From the NCBI RefSeq assembly GCF_018977255.1, contig NW_024704772.1, positions 186,001-250,000 of the forward strand: a DNA stretch of 64,000 bases, given 5' to 3'. Below are positions 1-24,500 of the stretch, piece by piece; the first letter of the stretch is position 1, and each line of letters begins with the position of its first letter. The position numbers and the translations under genes were made by a program. The notes under the pieces are model-generated. The model was not told where the DNA came from. It was given only the letters and a program-made list of their open reading frames with translations, and ran no database searches. This DNA comes from Callorhinchus milii (taxonomy: Eukaryota).

Positions 1-551
1 GGGGAGTGGTGGTGCTGCCTTTAACAAACAGGTCAGCATCTGCAGTGTCGCTATTATTTAGATAACCCTCTGGTGGTTGGGGGGGAAGAGGAGGCCAAGA
101 GAATGTTACACAAGGTGGGGTAAATATTTAACCACAATGTGAGAGCCAGCAAAACAAGCCCTTCTCTTTGCCTTTGCCTCCAGTAATGAACACTCTCACT
201 GGTATAACCCTCCTGTATATTATATCAGATACTCTCACAACAACAACGTGTCTGCGTATAAACATTCTTCACATGGGACAGCTTCTCGGAGTACTTAACA
301 ATGGTGGAGCTTGACACCGAGTCGGGGAGAGAGAGGAAGGTCTACAAATATGATCTGAAGATGGAACTTCCAGGGTTTCAGGGCAAAGTGGCTGAAATAG
401 CTGAACGGTGCAGGAACACTCTGGTGTGAGAGGCTTTAGCTGAGAACACTCCAATCTGAAATCATTCAGTTGCAATGGATGAAAGGGTCTCTGCTAAACG
501 AAAGCCGACAACAGCATTCTGTGAGGAAAACGACCATCGTACAATTCTCTA

Positions 552-735
552 TATTAATAATAATAATCTTTGCATTTGATACAGCTCCTTATCGCGTCTT
601 CATGACGTCCCAAAGCGCTTCACAGGATACGCTGTAAAGTGAATTAACTGTATATCTTGTGGGCGAAATGGCAGCCAATTGCACACAGCAGCGTCCCCAC
701 AAACAGTCGTGGATTGAGCGACCACATTATTAATA
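552..735 (-). mobile_element. 5'-truncated SINE; representative of many more (e.g. 6118-6290, 8787-8960, 12443-12578, 18608-18752, 22780-22950, 27635-27810, 49778-49990, 56530-56705)
   Basis: SINE 3' body plus (TTA)n tail. Confidence 0.8.
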
Positions 736-974
736 TGATTTTTATTTATTTTTATATTACACTATATACAATGGTGATGGGCAATGAGCAGTATCTGAAC
801 AAAGAGCATTTGCCATTAACAGCAGCATTGGAAGAGGTTCAAGCTTTATAACTCTATCATCCAGTCTATCAATAAACAAGGCCATTCAGCCTGTCCTACA
901 ACAATAACAACAACTGCCATTTATATAGTGCTCTTCACGCAGGGCAGGGTCTCGGAGTGCTGCTCTGTCAATGA

Positions 975-1350
975 AAGAGGAAATGCGGGGGCATCTGATT
1001 GAGGCGTTTAAAACAATGAAGGAAATCATCAACAACAACAAATTGCAGTTATATCATTTGCATATCATGTTGGAAGGCGCTGTAATTGACGAGCTAGATA
1101 GGGGCTGGTTTCTGTCTGGGGATGATGTTAAATTAGAAGTGAGATCAGGAAACAGTTCTTTACACAAAGAAGGGTGAACGCTAGGAAACCAGAGTCGTGG
1201 GAAGTTCGTGGGTTAAAGGTGAGGTGAAAAGGCAGGGAATGGGATTAAAAGATCTTCCGGAATGTAAAAAATAAAGGTGGAAAAGGCAGAACCCCTCCTG
1301 TTAATGAACAGGCTGGGTGGGCTGAATGGCCTCCTGTTGTTTCTAATATG
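975..1350 (+). mobile_element. Degenerate CR1 LINE 3' fragment
   Basis: RGHLIEAFKTMK remnant; GGGCTGAATGGCCTCCT tail. Confidence 0.6.
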
Positions 1351-1518
1351 AATGAATATATAATTGTGGTTAGCATTAGCTCTCTTCCCCCTCCCCCCAT
1401 GTCGCACTGTAACAGCCAATGAAAGAGTCCCCTTTGAATGGGTGAGGTGGGATTGGCCTGGCATTGGTGGGGTGGGGGCTGCTGACGGCAGGCGTTGTGT
1501 TGTCTGTGGTCCTGTCGC

Positions 1519-14241
<12,723 letters not shown>

Positions 14242-14309
14242 CCCGCTGGGCAGCGCTGTCTCTCACCACCTCCCACTCCGAGCTTCTCCCTCAGCCCGCC
14301 CAGGGACAG

Positions 14310-14420
14310 GGGGACAGTTAGACTTTGGCAGGACAGGAAAATAGATTTTGCAATTGCTTCTTTTCAGAGATTAATCGATAGTCAGGCCACAACTGCCTCC
14401 TGTGCTATTTGCACTGGCTG
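14310..14420 (-). promoter_or_regulatory. Candidate hepatocyte-type promoter of TMPRSS6
   Basis: Within 180 bp upstream of the ATG: TAGACTTTG (HNF4-like, 14319-14327), AATCGAT (ONECUT/HNF6-like, 14373-14379) and TATTTGC (FOXA-like, 14406-14412). These are motif matches only. Confidence 0.4.
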
Positions 14421-14582
14421 TGAAGTGAGGAGGAGTTTCACTTGATTTAAAGGAACAACAGCAACAATAACAATGAACAGATCAGGTGTCAGTAAATTCA
14501 TCCAACACCTGAGTCAACAGGTAATGTGGGAATAAACAGTTTACCTGCTGGTTTCCACAGGATCCCAGTGCCCCGGAGGTAT

Positions 14583-15018
14583 GGAATCCTGTAGTTCAAT
14601 GGTTAGAGCTGTGAAGCGCTTTGAGATGTCTGAATGACGTGATAAGGCGCTATATCAAATGCAAGGAGTATTATTATAGAGCACTCGCCTCGCAAGCAAG
14701 ATGACTTGGTTCGAGTCCTGGACAGGACGAAACGTTAGGCAAATTTCCTTACTCCACACACACGCCTGTTAACCTAACAGAAAGTAGGAACCCGGTTGTT
14801 AGTTGATTGGCAGATCGCTTTTCCGGGTGTAATAATCCCTTCAATATAAATAATAATTTGGTCACTCAATCCACAACTGTTTGTGAGACATTGCTGTGCG
14901 CAATTGGCTGCTGCAAAATATACAGTCAATTCACTTTACAGTATATCCTGTGAAGTGTTTGAGACGTCTCGAAGACGTGATAAGGCACTATATCAAATAC
15001 AAGGATTATTATTATTAT
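14583..15018 (+). mobile_element. tRNA-derived SINE with a second SINE tail nested in its head
   Basis: Head interrupted at 14610-14676, with TAGAGC duplicated on both sides. Confidence 0.85.
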
Positions 15019-15245
15019 CCTGCGGGGTATTAGGAAAGAGAAATTAGTTTCTTGGGGTAATTAGCTGTGGGGGACTTTGCTGAAAAATGTACAGTCACTA
15101 CACTTGCTGGTAGTTTCTTGTGAAGCACTTTGAGATGTCAGAGGTGCAGTGTCAAATGCAGGTATTGTGGTTCTTGCCACAATGACAGGAATGAGAGGCG
15201 GGAAAACGGATTGACGCATTGCTGAGTAACCAAAGAGAGAAAACC

Positions 15246-15251
15246 TTTATT
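15246..15251 (-). terminator. Candidate polyadenylation signal for IL2RB (about 2.5-kb 3'UTR)
   Basis: AATAAA on the minus strand at the end of an AT-rich stretch, before the TMPRSS6 upstream region. Confidence 0.35.
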
Positions 15252-15926
15252 ATAGATGTCAGTCACTTACAGGAGAATATCGCTGGATTTTTACTGGAAC
15301 AAAATAACACACATGTATAAGAAGGGCTGTCAGTTTTACATTGTTTTAAACGTTATAGAAAAGAAACACAATAAGCCAAACAAACTCCAAATCGTAGCCA
15401 GTGGAGAAGCCACAATGTGCATGTGTGCGTGGGTGCGGGCGTGCATGAACACAGACAGCTGTGTGTGTGTGTGTGTGTCTGCGTGTGTACACAGTCATCT
15501 CTGTGTGTGTTTGTGTGTGTGTGTACACCGTCAGCTCTGTGTGTGAACACAGGCAGCTCTGTGTCTGTCTGTGTGTATGTACAAGCAACTCTGTGTGTGC
15601 GTGTGAACACAGGCAGTGTTTGTGTGTGTGTATGTACACACTCAGCTCTGTGTGTGTGTGTGTGTACACTGTCTCCTCTGAACACAGGCAGCTTGTGAAT
15701 GTGTAAAAACAGGCAGCTCTGTCTTTGTGTGTGTGTGTATATATACAGGCAGGTTTGTGTGTGTGATGTGTATATACTAGCAGCTCTGTGTATGTGTACC
15801 TGAGATGCAGTGTAAGGAAGTTGGCTATATATAAATGTGACCCGTCAGAAGCCAGCTGCTTCATCTTAAATGCACTTCTATACACCACTAAGGATCCTTC
15901 ATCTTCAATACATACACTGCAATAGT

Positions 15927-16100
15927 ATCTGAAAACAAAAACAGAAGTCACTGGGAACGCTGACAAATTTCTGACGAAGGGTCGTGGATCTGAAACGTTG
16001 ACTCACTTTCCTTTCTTCATAGATGCTGCCTGACCTGCTGACGGTTCCCAGCGACTTCTGTTTTTGTTTTCAGATTTCTAGCATCTGCAATATTTTGCCC
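15927..16100 (+). mobile_element. Penelope-like derived hairpin element with a minimal hammerhead-ribozyme-like core
   Basis: 32-bp inverted arms (15927-15958 / 16044-16075, one mismatch) around CTGACGA-A-GGGTC-GTG-GATCT-GAAACGTT (15971-15999), followed by GATGCTGCCTGACCTGCTGA. Confidence 0.6.
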
Positions 16101-17761
16101 TTTGTCCACAATAGTCTCTGTCGCTCCCTCCTGAGGCAGAGGAAGGCAGGAATATTCCTATTCCTTCCCATGTCACAGTGGGAGGTGTTATAACCAAAGG
16201 CAGTGCTTCGAGAAGTTATATAAGTGCATGTTATTGTTAATCATTAGTTTAACAACATTATTAATCATAGAGCAGCTGTTTGCCACGTTACATAATAATA
16301 ATAACCCTTAAGATCAGTCAGGAAGCTGGAGCGAGCAGCTTGAGAGAGCAGCCTGAGAGTAAGCTTCCCTCCCGTTCGTCCGTCTGTCTGTCTGACTGGT
16401 CGGGGAAGGAACTCCCAGTAACCAGTAAAATTGCTAAGGATTTTCTGGATACACACGAGAATATGTTTAGCAATAGCTGCCAGAGTCTATTATACTTTTT
16501 TTGATCATCCGGGTGTTTGACACATGCGGAAACCATAACCGTGAAGAAATGGACGTCTGACACGCGCGAAAACCCATCACTGTGATCAGCCGGGTGTCTG
16601 ACACGCACAGAAACCCATCAACGTGCAAAAGAGTCTCCAAACCAAACTGAGATTTCCACGCATCCCACCTACACATGGAAATCCCAGAGATAGATTGTTG
16701 GAATGGAATGCGCTTTCTCTCTCTCTCTGGAGGGAAGCATCCTGCTTACCTAATTCTGGAAAGTATTAGGCTCAGGTTGGGAAGAGCCAAGGCTTGAGGG
16801 GAGCCCAGAATGTGTGTTGGGGTAACTGCTGGAGTCTAACCAGCTAAAACCACACAGCTTGCCATTCATATTGCTGTCTGGCCAGCTTTCCCGCTGCTTG
16901 TCCAGCTGGGACCACCCTATCTGTTAGGGCTTTGGCTTGCAGGGTTAACAGGAGCTGAGTGGGATTTATTTACGCACAACCGATTTGCTTCTGCGGAATT
17001 GTGGCTTTGTTTTTCATTAAACTCTCTGCTTGTCAGCCTCCCCAACTCCTCCCTCCAAACGCTGCAGGTGATCCAGAACTAAGCAGCCCATGTCCTCTCC
17101 CGCACCAGGCTCCGCAACCCTTACTGAAGGAGAAGAAGCTGGGTTGTGCGTGCGATAATATATATTGTAAAGCTTAATGATATGATCAACAATAAATCCC
17201 CCAGATAAATTTCTCATTCACGTAGCAGCTGTTTGCGGGGAGGTTGGTGCGCGCAAATTGGCTGTGGCGTACATTATAAAAACACACAGTCACTACACTT
17301 TACAGTAAAACTCTGTGAAACCCTTTGAAATGTCAATAGCAAGCACTATCCCTTATTGTCTTAATGCTAATTCTCGTGCTGTTGCTGAGCACGGTGACTG
17401 GGTTGGGCAGCTTTACCCTCTCTACCCCACTCTGCCCCCTCCCCTCCCTCTGCCCCCCCCACCCCAGGAAGCTTGGCGAATATGAGTAACTTTTAATTAC
17501 AAGAGAAGTAGATGTCAAAACAAAACTAACTATTACAATGAATGGAGAGGTAAAAATATCTCTAAACTAGATGTGACAACTAAAAGCCATCTGTTAAAAT
17601 TCTTCCCTCTCCCGTGTTCAGTGAGATTACACTGAGTTCGTTTCCAGGGCACATTTAGCTTCCAGGCGCTTTGTATGAACAGATATCAGATGCGAGACTC
17701 AAGGCAACAACTCCTCACCTGATGCCAAACACAGCGAGTCCCCATATGGGACCTTCCTTGT

Positions 17762-18577
17762 CTATATGGACTTGTTACTGTACGTGCTCTGAACCTCCTT
17801 CAGGGAGAGATAAGCGTCACAGGATCTGCCCAGGTTCAGTGATGCAGCCTTCAGGATGTTGCCGGCTTCCTGCCTGAACACCCCGGAGCACTGGGAGACG
17901 GCCTGGTCACCGAAGCTCAGCCCCTTGCAGCCCTGCCTGCCCTCATCCTCCTCCCCCTCTTCCTCCTCCTCCAGCTCCTCGTTGAGGAGCATGGTGTGTG
18001 GGAAGGCGCGGGACCCCAGAGAGTAATGTGGGAATTGGAAGAAGGCAATCTGGGGCTTGGGGGGGAGGAGGTCACAGGCTCGGCCGTTGTGTGGAACGTT
18101 TCCAAGCAGCTGCCCCACGTGTCCCACCTCAGCTGCCGATGTTGTGAGAGTAGCCGAGGCTAAAACCTCCTCCATCACACGGTCAAACCCCAGCCTCCCC
18201 CGGCCCCCACACTCGCTGCCCGGGGAGGTGGGCTCCACATCCAAATCTTCATACAGAGAGTCGTTGGAGGTGGTCAGGCACTGGTACGACCCACTCTCCT
18301 CACTCCCTGACTCAGCCCCGCTCTGCCCGTAGCTGAAGTAGACTTTGCAGGGCTCCATCTCCACGCAGTTTGGGTAGCTGAACCAGAAGTAGCCCTGGTT
18401 GGCAAAGCTAGACAGGGAGGAGGTTCCTGCGCTCCAGGAGCTGCTGCCGTCAGAGATGTAATCCTTCTTGATGAACGATTCCGAGTCTTTGATGCTGGAG
18501 ATCTCGACCGGAGAAATTTCTGTTCCCAGCTCCTCAGCCGTGTAGAATGAGGCTGTCAGCCTCCCTCCCAGCCACTT
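17762..18577 (-). CDS. IL2RB: IL2RB last exon (cytoplasmic tail)
   Basis: KWLGG...EISPVEI...NQGYFWF...DAYLSL...stop. Confidence 0.93.
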   Translation of the reverse strand, partial: KWLGGRLTASFYTAEELGTEISPVEISSIKDSESFIKKDYISDGSSSWSAGTSSLSSFANQGYFWFSYPNCVEMEPCKVYFSYGQSGAESGSEESGSYQCLTTSNDSLYEDLDVEPTSPGSECGGRGRLGFDRVMEEVLASATLTTSAAEVGHVGQLLGNVPHNGRACDLLPPKPQIAFFQFPHYSLGSRAFPHTMLLNEELEEEEEGEEDEGRQGCKGLSFGDQAVSQCSGVFRQEAGNILKAASLNLGRSCDAYLSLKEVQSTYSNKSI

Positions 18578-21500
18578 CTGGGGGAGGACAGAGAGAGAGA
18601 GACATTGTATAATAATAATCCTTGCATTTGATATGGTGCCTTATCACGTCTTCGAGACTTCTCAAAGCGCTTCACAGGATACACTGTAAAGTAAATTGAC
18701 TGCGTATTTTGAGGGTGAAACGTGGCAGCCAATTGCACACAGCAGCGTCCCCACCAACATAAATAAATAAAAACAAGAATACCAGTAAAATGGTATTGAT
18801 AATGGCTGTAACTTCAGCACGAGATCGGATTGTTCGTCCACAAGTAAGTGGTGACTCCACCTGCGAGAGGTATTGATGTGTAGTGTGGCTGGGGGGTCAG
18901 TTCTGCAGTTTGGATGTTTATTGAGCAAATCGTGCCGGACACATGAGATCACCTCGTCTGCAAATAGCCCAGCAACCCCTCTTCCCACCCCCACTCCTGG
19001 TGGGTTGAGACGAGTGGCGCTCCCTTAGCTGAGCGTACGGAGTAAAGTGCTATTCTCGCCACTGGGCGAATGTGTTTCTGTGTGGTTGAGGAGGAACCGA
19101 AGCACAAGTGAATTATAAATAACATCATAAAGGAGTTTAAACGCTCACTGCAGGTTTATAACCACAGGAGTGGAGAGTCTAAACTTAGTCCACGGAGTGG
19201 CTAACAATGAGCACACATGAATAGGTTTTTCTGAGTGAACACAACAGCTCCCCCGAATGAGTGATCTGTAGCTCTGACAGACAGGCATACTCACCTCCAC
19301 GCAGACACTCACACACTCACAGACACTCTCACACACACAGACAGACACTCACAGACACTCTCATACACACAGATACTCTCACCCACATACAGACACACAC
19401 ACACAGACAGACACACACAGACACTCTCACACACAGACACTCTCACACACAGACACTCACACACATACAGACACACACACACACACTCTCACTCACACAG
19501 ACACTCTCACTCACACAGACACTCTCACACACATACAGACACACAGACACTCATTCACACAGAGAGGCCGACACAGAGACACACTTCCACAGAGACACAG
19601 ACACTGTGACGCAGACACGCTCACACACACATCCACAGACATCTTTGCGACACAGAGACAATCACACAGACACTCTCACAGATGCTCACACACACACATA
19701 CAGAGACACACACACAGGCACAGGTGCTCAGACATACGACTGAATAGAAACCACAAACAGGCCAGTCTGACAAAGTGCAGGAAATTTCTCGTGAATCAAC
19801 AGTATTAATACAGTGCGGAGCTGGGCTGCTGCCTGCGCCCTCACATAGCTGCCTTCCGTTCAGAAAGTAATATTTGTGGTTCTCGGCTCAGAGGAAGCCT
19901 GCCGCTGCCTTTAAAAGGTCAGACGTTACATTGATACACATCTTTGGGTGACCTTCACTTCACGCATAGTTTCCTCCCCGAGGAGGTGGGGGGGTGGGGG
20001 GCGCGGGGGGGTAGGGCTGTCACTGAGATCTAGTGTTTATCACAGGTAGAGTCACACATGTCCTCTCTCCAAAACAAGATGAGGGAAAGGAAGCACTTGG
20101 TTACTTTTATGGGTCCTTATCTCATCATAAAAGGTTCTACAACTTGACGTTTTTTATATGACTGTTTTAGTCCACAAAATATACAGTCAGTTGAGTGAGT
20201 GTGAGTGAGTGAGTGAGTGAGTGAGTGTGTACTTTTCGCCCACAATATATAGTCAGTTCGCCGTGAAGCTCTTTGAGACGTCTCAAAGACGTGATAAGGT
20301 GCTATATCAAATGGAACAATTATTATTATTATAAATATTATTATTAGACGGCTGCCCTTTACATGAGCAGGCTATGACGTGAACGTTTGATTAATTTGGG
20401 GGATTGACGGCCAGGACACCGGGAGGAGAGAGAGAAACTCCATTCTCTTTTCCAACAGAGTATTTAATGTCCACCTAAATAGGGCACAGACGTAGAGCTC
20501 GCCTTAACCAAAGGACAGCACTTCTGACAAGGCAGCAGCCCTCCAGCACAGTGCTGGGTCATCAACCTGGCCTGTGAGATTGGCATGGGGCTTGAACCCA
20601 CACCCTTCTGACCCAGAGCCCAGGCTTCCTGGATTTGTGCTGAGAATAGAGATTGGACTGTCTTCTGCAGAACAAGGCAGGAAGAGGGCAGAACTGACAA
20701 CAGCCGATGACGTACTCAAGAGAAACTGTGGTTTACCTGAAAATTACCGCCATGTATTGAGTTTAGGTCATAAAAGAATTTGCCGGGATCTGGGACGGAA
20801 AACCATTTCAGCTTCTTCAATCTGTGAATGAATTCAGAGGTGGACAAAGTCTTTGGTTAGTTGAATCTCACGGACAATGGCACCAATGTGGTGACTTAAA
20901 CACAGTTAGAAACAGAGAATAGGGACAGGCAGGACCGGAAAGACATTGAGGTCCAGCCCAGAGTTACACGGTCCTTATGCCTCTCCATTTTGTCCTTTCC
21001 TCAACCCACGTCTTCTGTACGCTCTCACCTCTCTCTGTGTTAGTCATTCAGTCTGTTCACTGTCATATCACAATTCAGACAGGATTTAAATTAATAGAAC
21101 TGGCAAAACAAGGTGTGGTTTCTCTATCTGACTGATGGATAATAGACCTGTTTTTGTTGTTAGCGCTCTGAGGGCTACCCCGTGTAAAAGGGGCTACATA
21201 AATACAAGTCATTCTCCTGTTGGCTATGTGACAGCCGTGTGTGTGACTGCAAGTGTGTGCGTGCGTGTGCAAACGTGTGTGCCCTGCCCATTGTATCAGT
21301 CTCGCTGTTTGCTCCTGATCCCAATCAGTGCTCCTCTCCCCACACAGGCCTGTCTGGTTGTGGTGTAAGCTTACCGTTTGGGCATCATGTATCGGTTGAC
21401 GAACACCAGAATCATGGTGACCACAATGCTGATCAGCGACAGGACCCCCCATACCGCCATCTGGTTTCCATCTGAGAAACAATGGCCATTGCTTATTCAC

Positions 21501-24500
21501 AGTAATAGCGATAATAATCCTTGCATTTGACCCAGCAATCTTCACATTGGGAGGATGCCTCAAAGCGCTTCACAGAGTTCACTGTAAAGTGTAGTGACTG
21601 CATGTTTGGTTGGATAACATGCTCGGGGTTGGGTGTCCGTTACAGGGGGGATTAAGCAGATCCAACGCATCAAGTGGTTTCTTAAATCAGCCCCAGTGTC
21701 CTGCCCTCAACTCTGACAGCTGTTACATCTCCTCTGTGTTTAACATAATAATAATAATCCTTGCATTTGATATAGCACTTTTCACGTCTTCTAGACGTCT
21801 CAAAGCGCTTCACAGAATATGCTGTAAAGTGAATTGACCGTATATTTGTGGGCAAAACGAAAAATGAATATTTCCTATCCTGAAATTCCCCAACGCTACT
21901 CAAATATGGTTCTGGGTGTAACTGTGCCTGCCGGTGCTGTGAGAGCAGAAAGGGTCACCTTACCATTAATGGTGCTTCCTGGAGTCTCCCATTCCACCTC
22001 CAGGCTCCACTGGCTCCACACACTGCGGTAGACGATCCCTCTCCCCTCCAGGGTTTTAACTCTGATCTGGGCTACGTACACCTGGCTGGGCTTCAGGTGC
22101 TTCAGATCGATTGAGGTTCTTAAAACACTTTCAATTAAAAGAAGTTCAGAATCCTAAAATCACAAAGCCCCAAAACGTTTTGTCACAACAGTTATTATTA
22201 TCATTCATCTTAATATAATAATTAAATATGATGCAGCGTCAAGAGACTCTTACAGGATTTTGAGGAAAGGTTAAAGTGATAGGAAAGGTGGAGGGTTTCC
22301 ATGTGTGTGATGGACACCTGGGACCCAGCATCACAGGATCAGTCATGGTATGAAAGCCTCTGGTTGCATGTGCTCAATGAGAAAAAGGCTAGACTACAAC
22401 AACAACAAGATTCCATTTATTGAGCGCCTTTCACGTCGGGAGAACGTCCCAAACATTTGGGGCTTGCTATAGACCGCCAGGCCATAGCAGGGAGAACAAT
22501 GATAATGTTAGGAGTGTATGTGGGAAAGAGAAGGTACATCTTGTATAGAGTCAATACACCTGGCAGAAAAGCAAATGAAACTCACTTTCCAAAGCCCGTC
22601 CTTGGGCTTGTATCTCAGTTCACTTTTCAACGCCATATAGTCGGTTATGGTTTTGGGGACAGTCCAGGAGAACTGGCAGTCATTGGTGGACATGTTGGCC
22701 ACGATGTCTGGACGGGGAATCTTAACTGAAGGAACAACAGACTGGCTTTAGCTTTGGTCAGCGGCTATCTGGCACCAAATATAATAATAATGATAATAAT
22801 CCTTGCATTTGAAATAGCGCTTTATCACGTCATTGAGACGTCTCAAAATGCTTCACAGAATATAGTGTAAAGTGTAGTGACTGTATATTTTGTGGACGAA
22901 ACACAGCAGCCAATTGTGCACAGCAGTGACCCATAAACAGTCATGGATTGAGTTGGGAGGATGTGGTAAGGAAGGTATCCAGTGCTTGTTGTTGTCGGGA
23001 TTGCGAGCTGCAGTGTTTGGGACAAGTTGAAGTTTATACTGTACGTCAGTGGTTATAGATTGTGCAAGTAAATGAAAAATTGTTGCTTTTCACTTACTGT
23101 TCGAGCTTGGTTCAAACATCTCAATCATTCCGTTGAGAGATTTGTGGCCGTTCTTGTGACACCACAGAGTCACATTGAAGGACTGGGCAATGGTGAAAAA
23201 GCTGAAGGAAAGACTGCAGCTTCTGCTTGAGCCTCTGAGCACAGCATCGAGTACACTTTGTGCTTCGCATTTATTGGCAAACCTTTCAAAACATGAAAAA
23301 TTAGATTGGGGACTGAAGTTATTGATATAGTTGACATTACTGTGGCTATTTATGCAACCTTCTGTTTTCTAATAGTATCACAGGGTCTTTAACCTCCACC
23401 AGATCAACAACAACAACAAATAACATTTACACAGCGTCTCTTATGTCGGGAGGACATCCCAAGGCGCTGGACAGTCAGGGATTTGGACCCGAGCTGGGGG
23501 TTGGGATCAGGAGGGTTGGAGAGCAAGGAGGGTAGGGGCAGGAGGGTGATCATAGGCGTGGTCGAAGAGGAGGGTCTTGAGGCGGGACTTGAAGGAGTCA
23601 AGGGAGGGAGCGAGGCAAAGGGACTGAGGGATGGAGTTCCAGAGGGTGGGGGCAGAGAGGTACAGACTGGAACTCATCAGAAGGATTATGGCTGGATCCA
23701 ATCAAATATTCAAGACTGAGCTGGATAGATTATCTGTTAGGTTATCAAGGGATATGGGTCAAAGAGGCGTAAGATAAGGTATATGATATTATAGAATGGT
23801 GGAACAGACTTGGGCTGAATGGCCTCCTCCTATTCCTATGTACCTTATGATCATGACTTACATATTGTCTTCTGCTTGCACCATGCACTGATCCCCGGTA
23901 ACGGCCGCTCGTTCCACCCAGTCACACGTCATCTCAGAGATGTAATCTACCGTGCAGCAGAACTGGCTTGTTCCTGGCACCGCAGGGACACAAAGTAAGG
24001 AGTCAGCTCAGGGGTATGAGCAAAGCCGCTACAACATTCGCTCTTTAACCTCGCTAAACCAACACGGGGGGACGAAGGGAATGCAAATTGAACCCTGACT
24101 TTCCGTTAAATACTTTGGCAACATGAAAGGTACTGTATCACATGGTAGGATTGCTATTCATTATTCTCCAGTGATTGAACATTCAAATCAATCACTGGAG
24201 AATAATCCTGCCATTTGATATACAGCACCTTTCATATTGTATTTCGTATTGTCAAAAGTGTTTAATAGTAGTCGCTGTAAAGTGTAGTGACTGTGTATTT
24301 GTAGGTGAATGCGACGGCCATTTTGCTCAAAATAACATTCCCACAAATAGCCACCAAGTGGCTGAGCAATTTGTATCTCGTGGACTGTTGGCCAGGACAT
24401 GGGGTGATAGAGAGAAACTTCTCTTTTCCCAATAGTGCTGTGGGACAGTTACTGTTGCTGTGCACTTGCTCAGGCACAGTGGGACCTGGGTGTAATGTCT

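Noticed and set aside
262-429. Protein-like plus-strand frame (FTWDSFSEYLTMVEL...RCRNTLV*), possibly the last exon of a neighbouring gene
   Set aside because: It is preceded by an in-frame TAA, has no convincing acceptor, and I recognise no homology; a BLASTX would be needed
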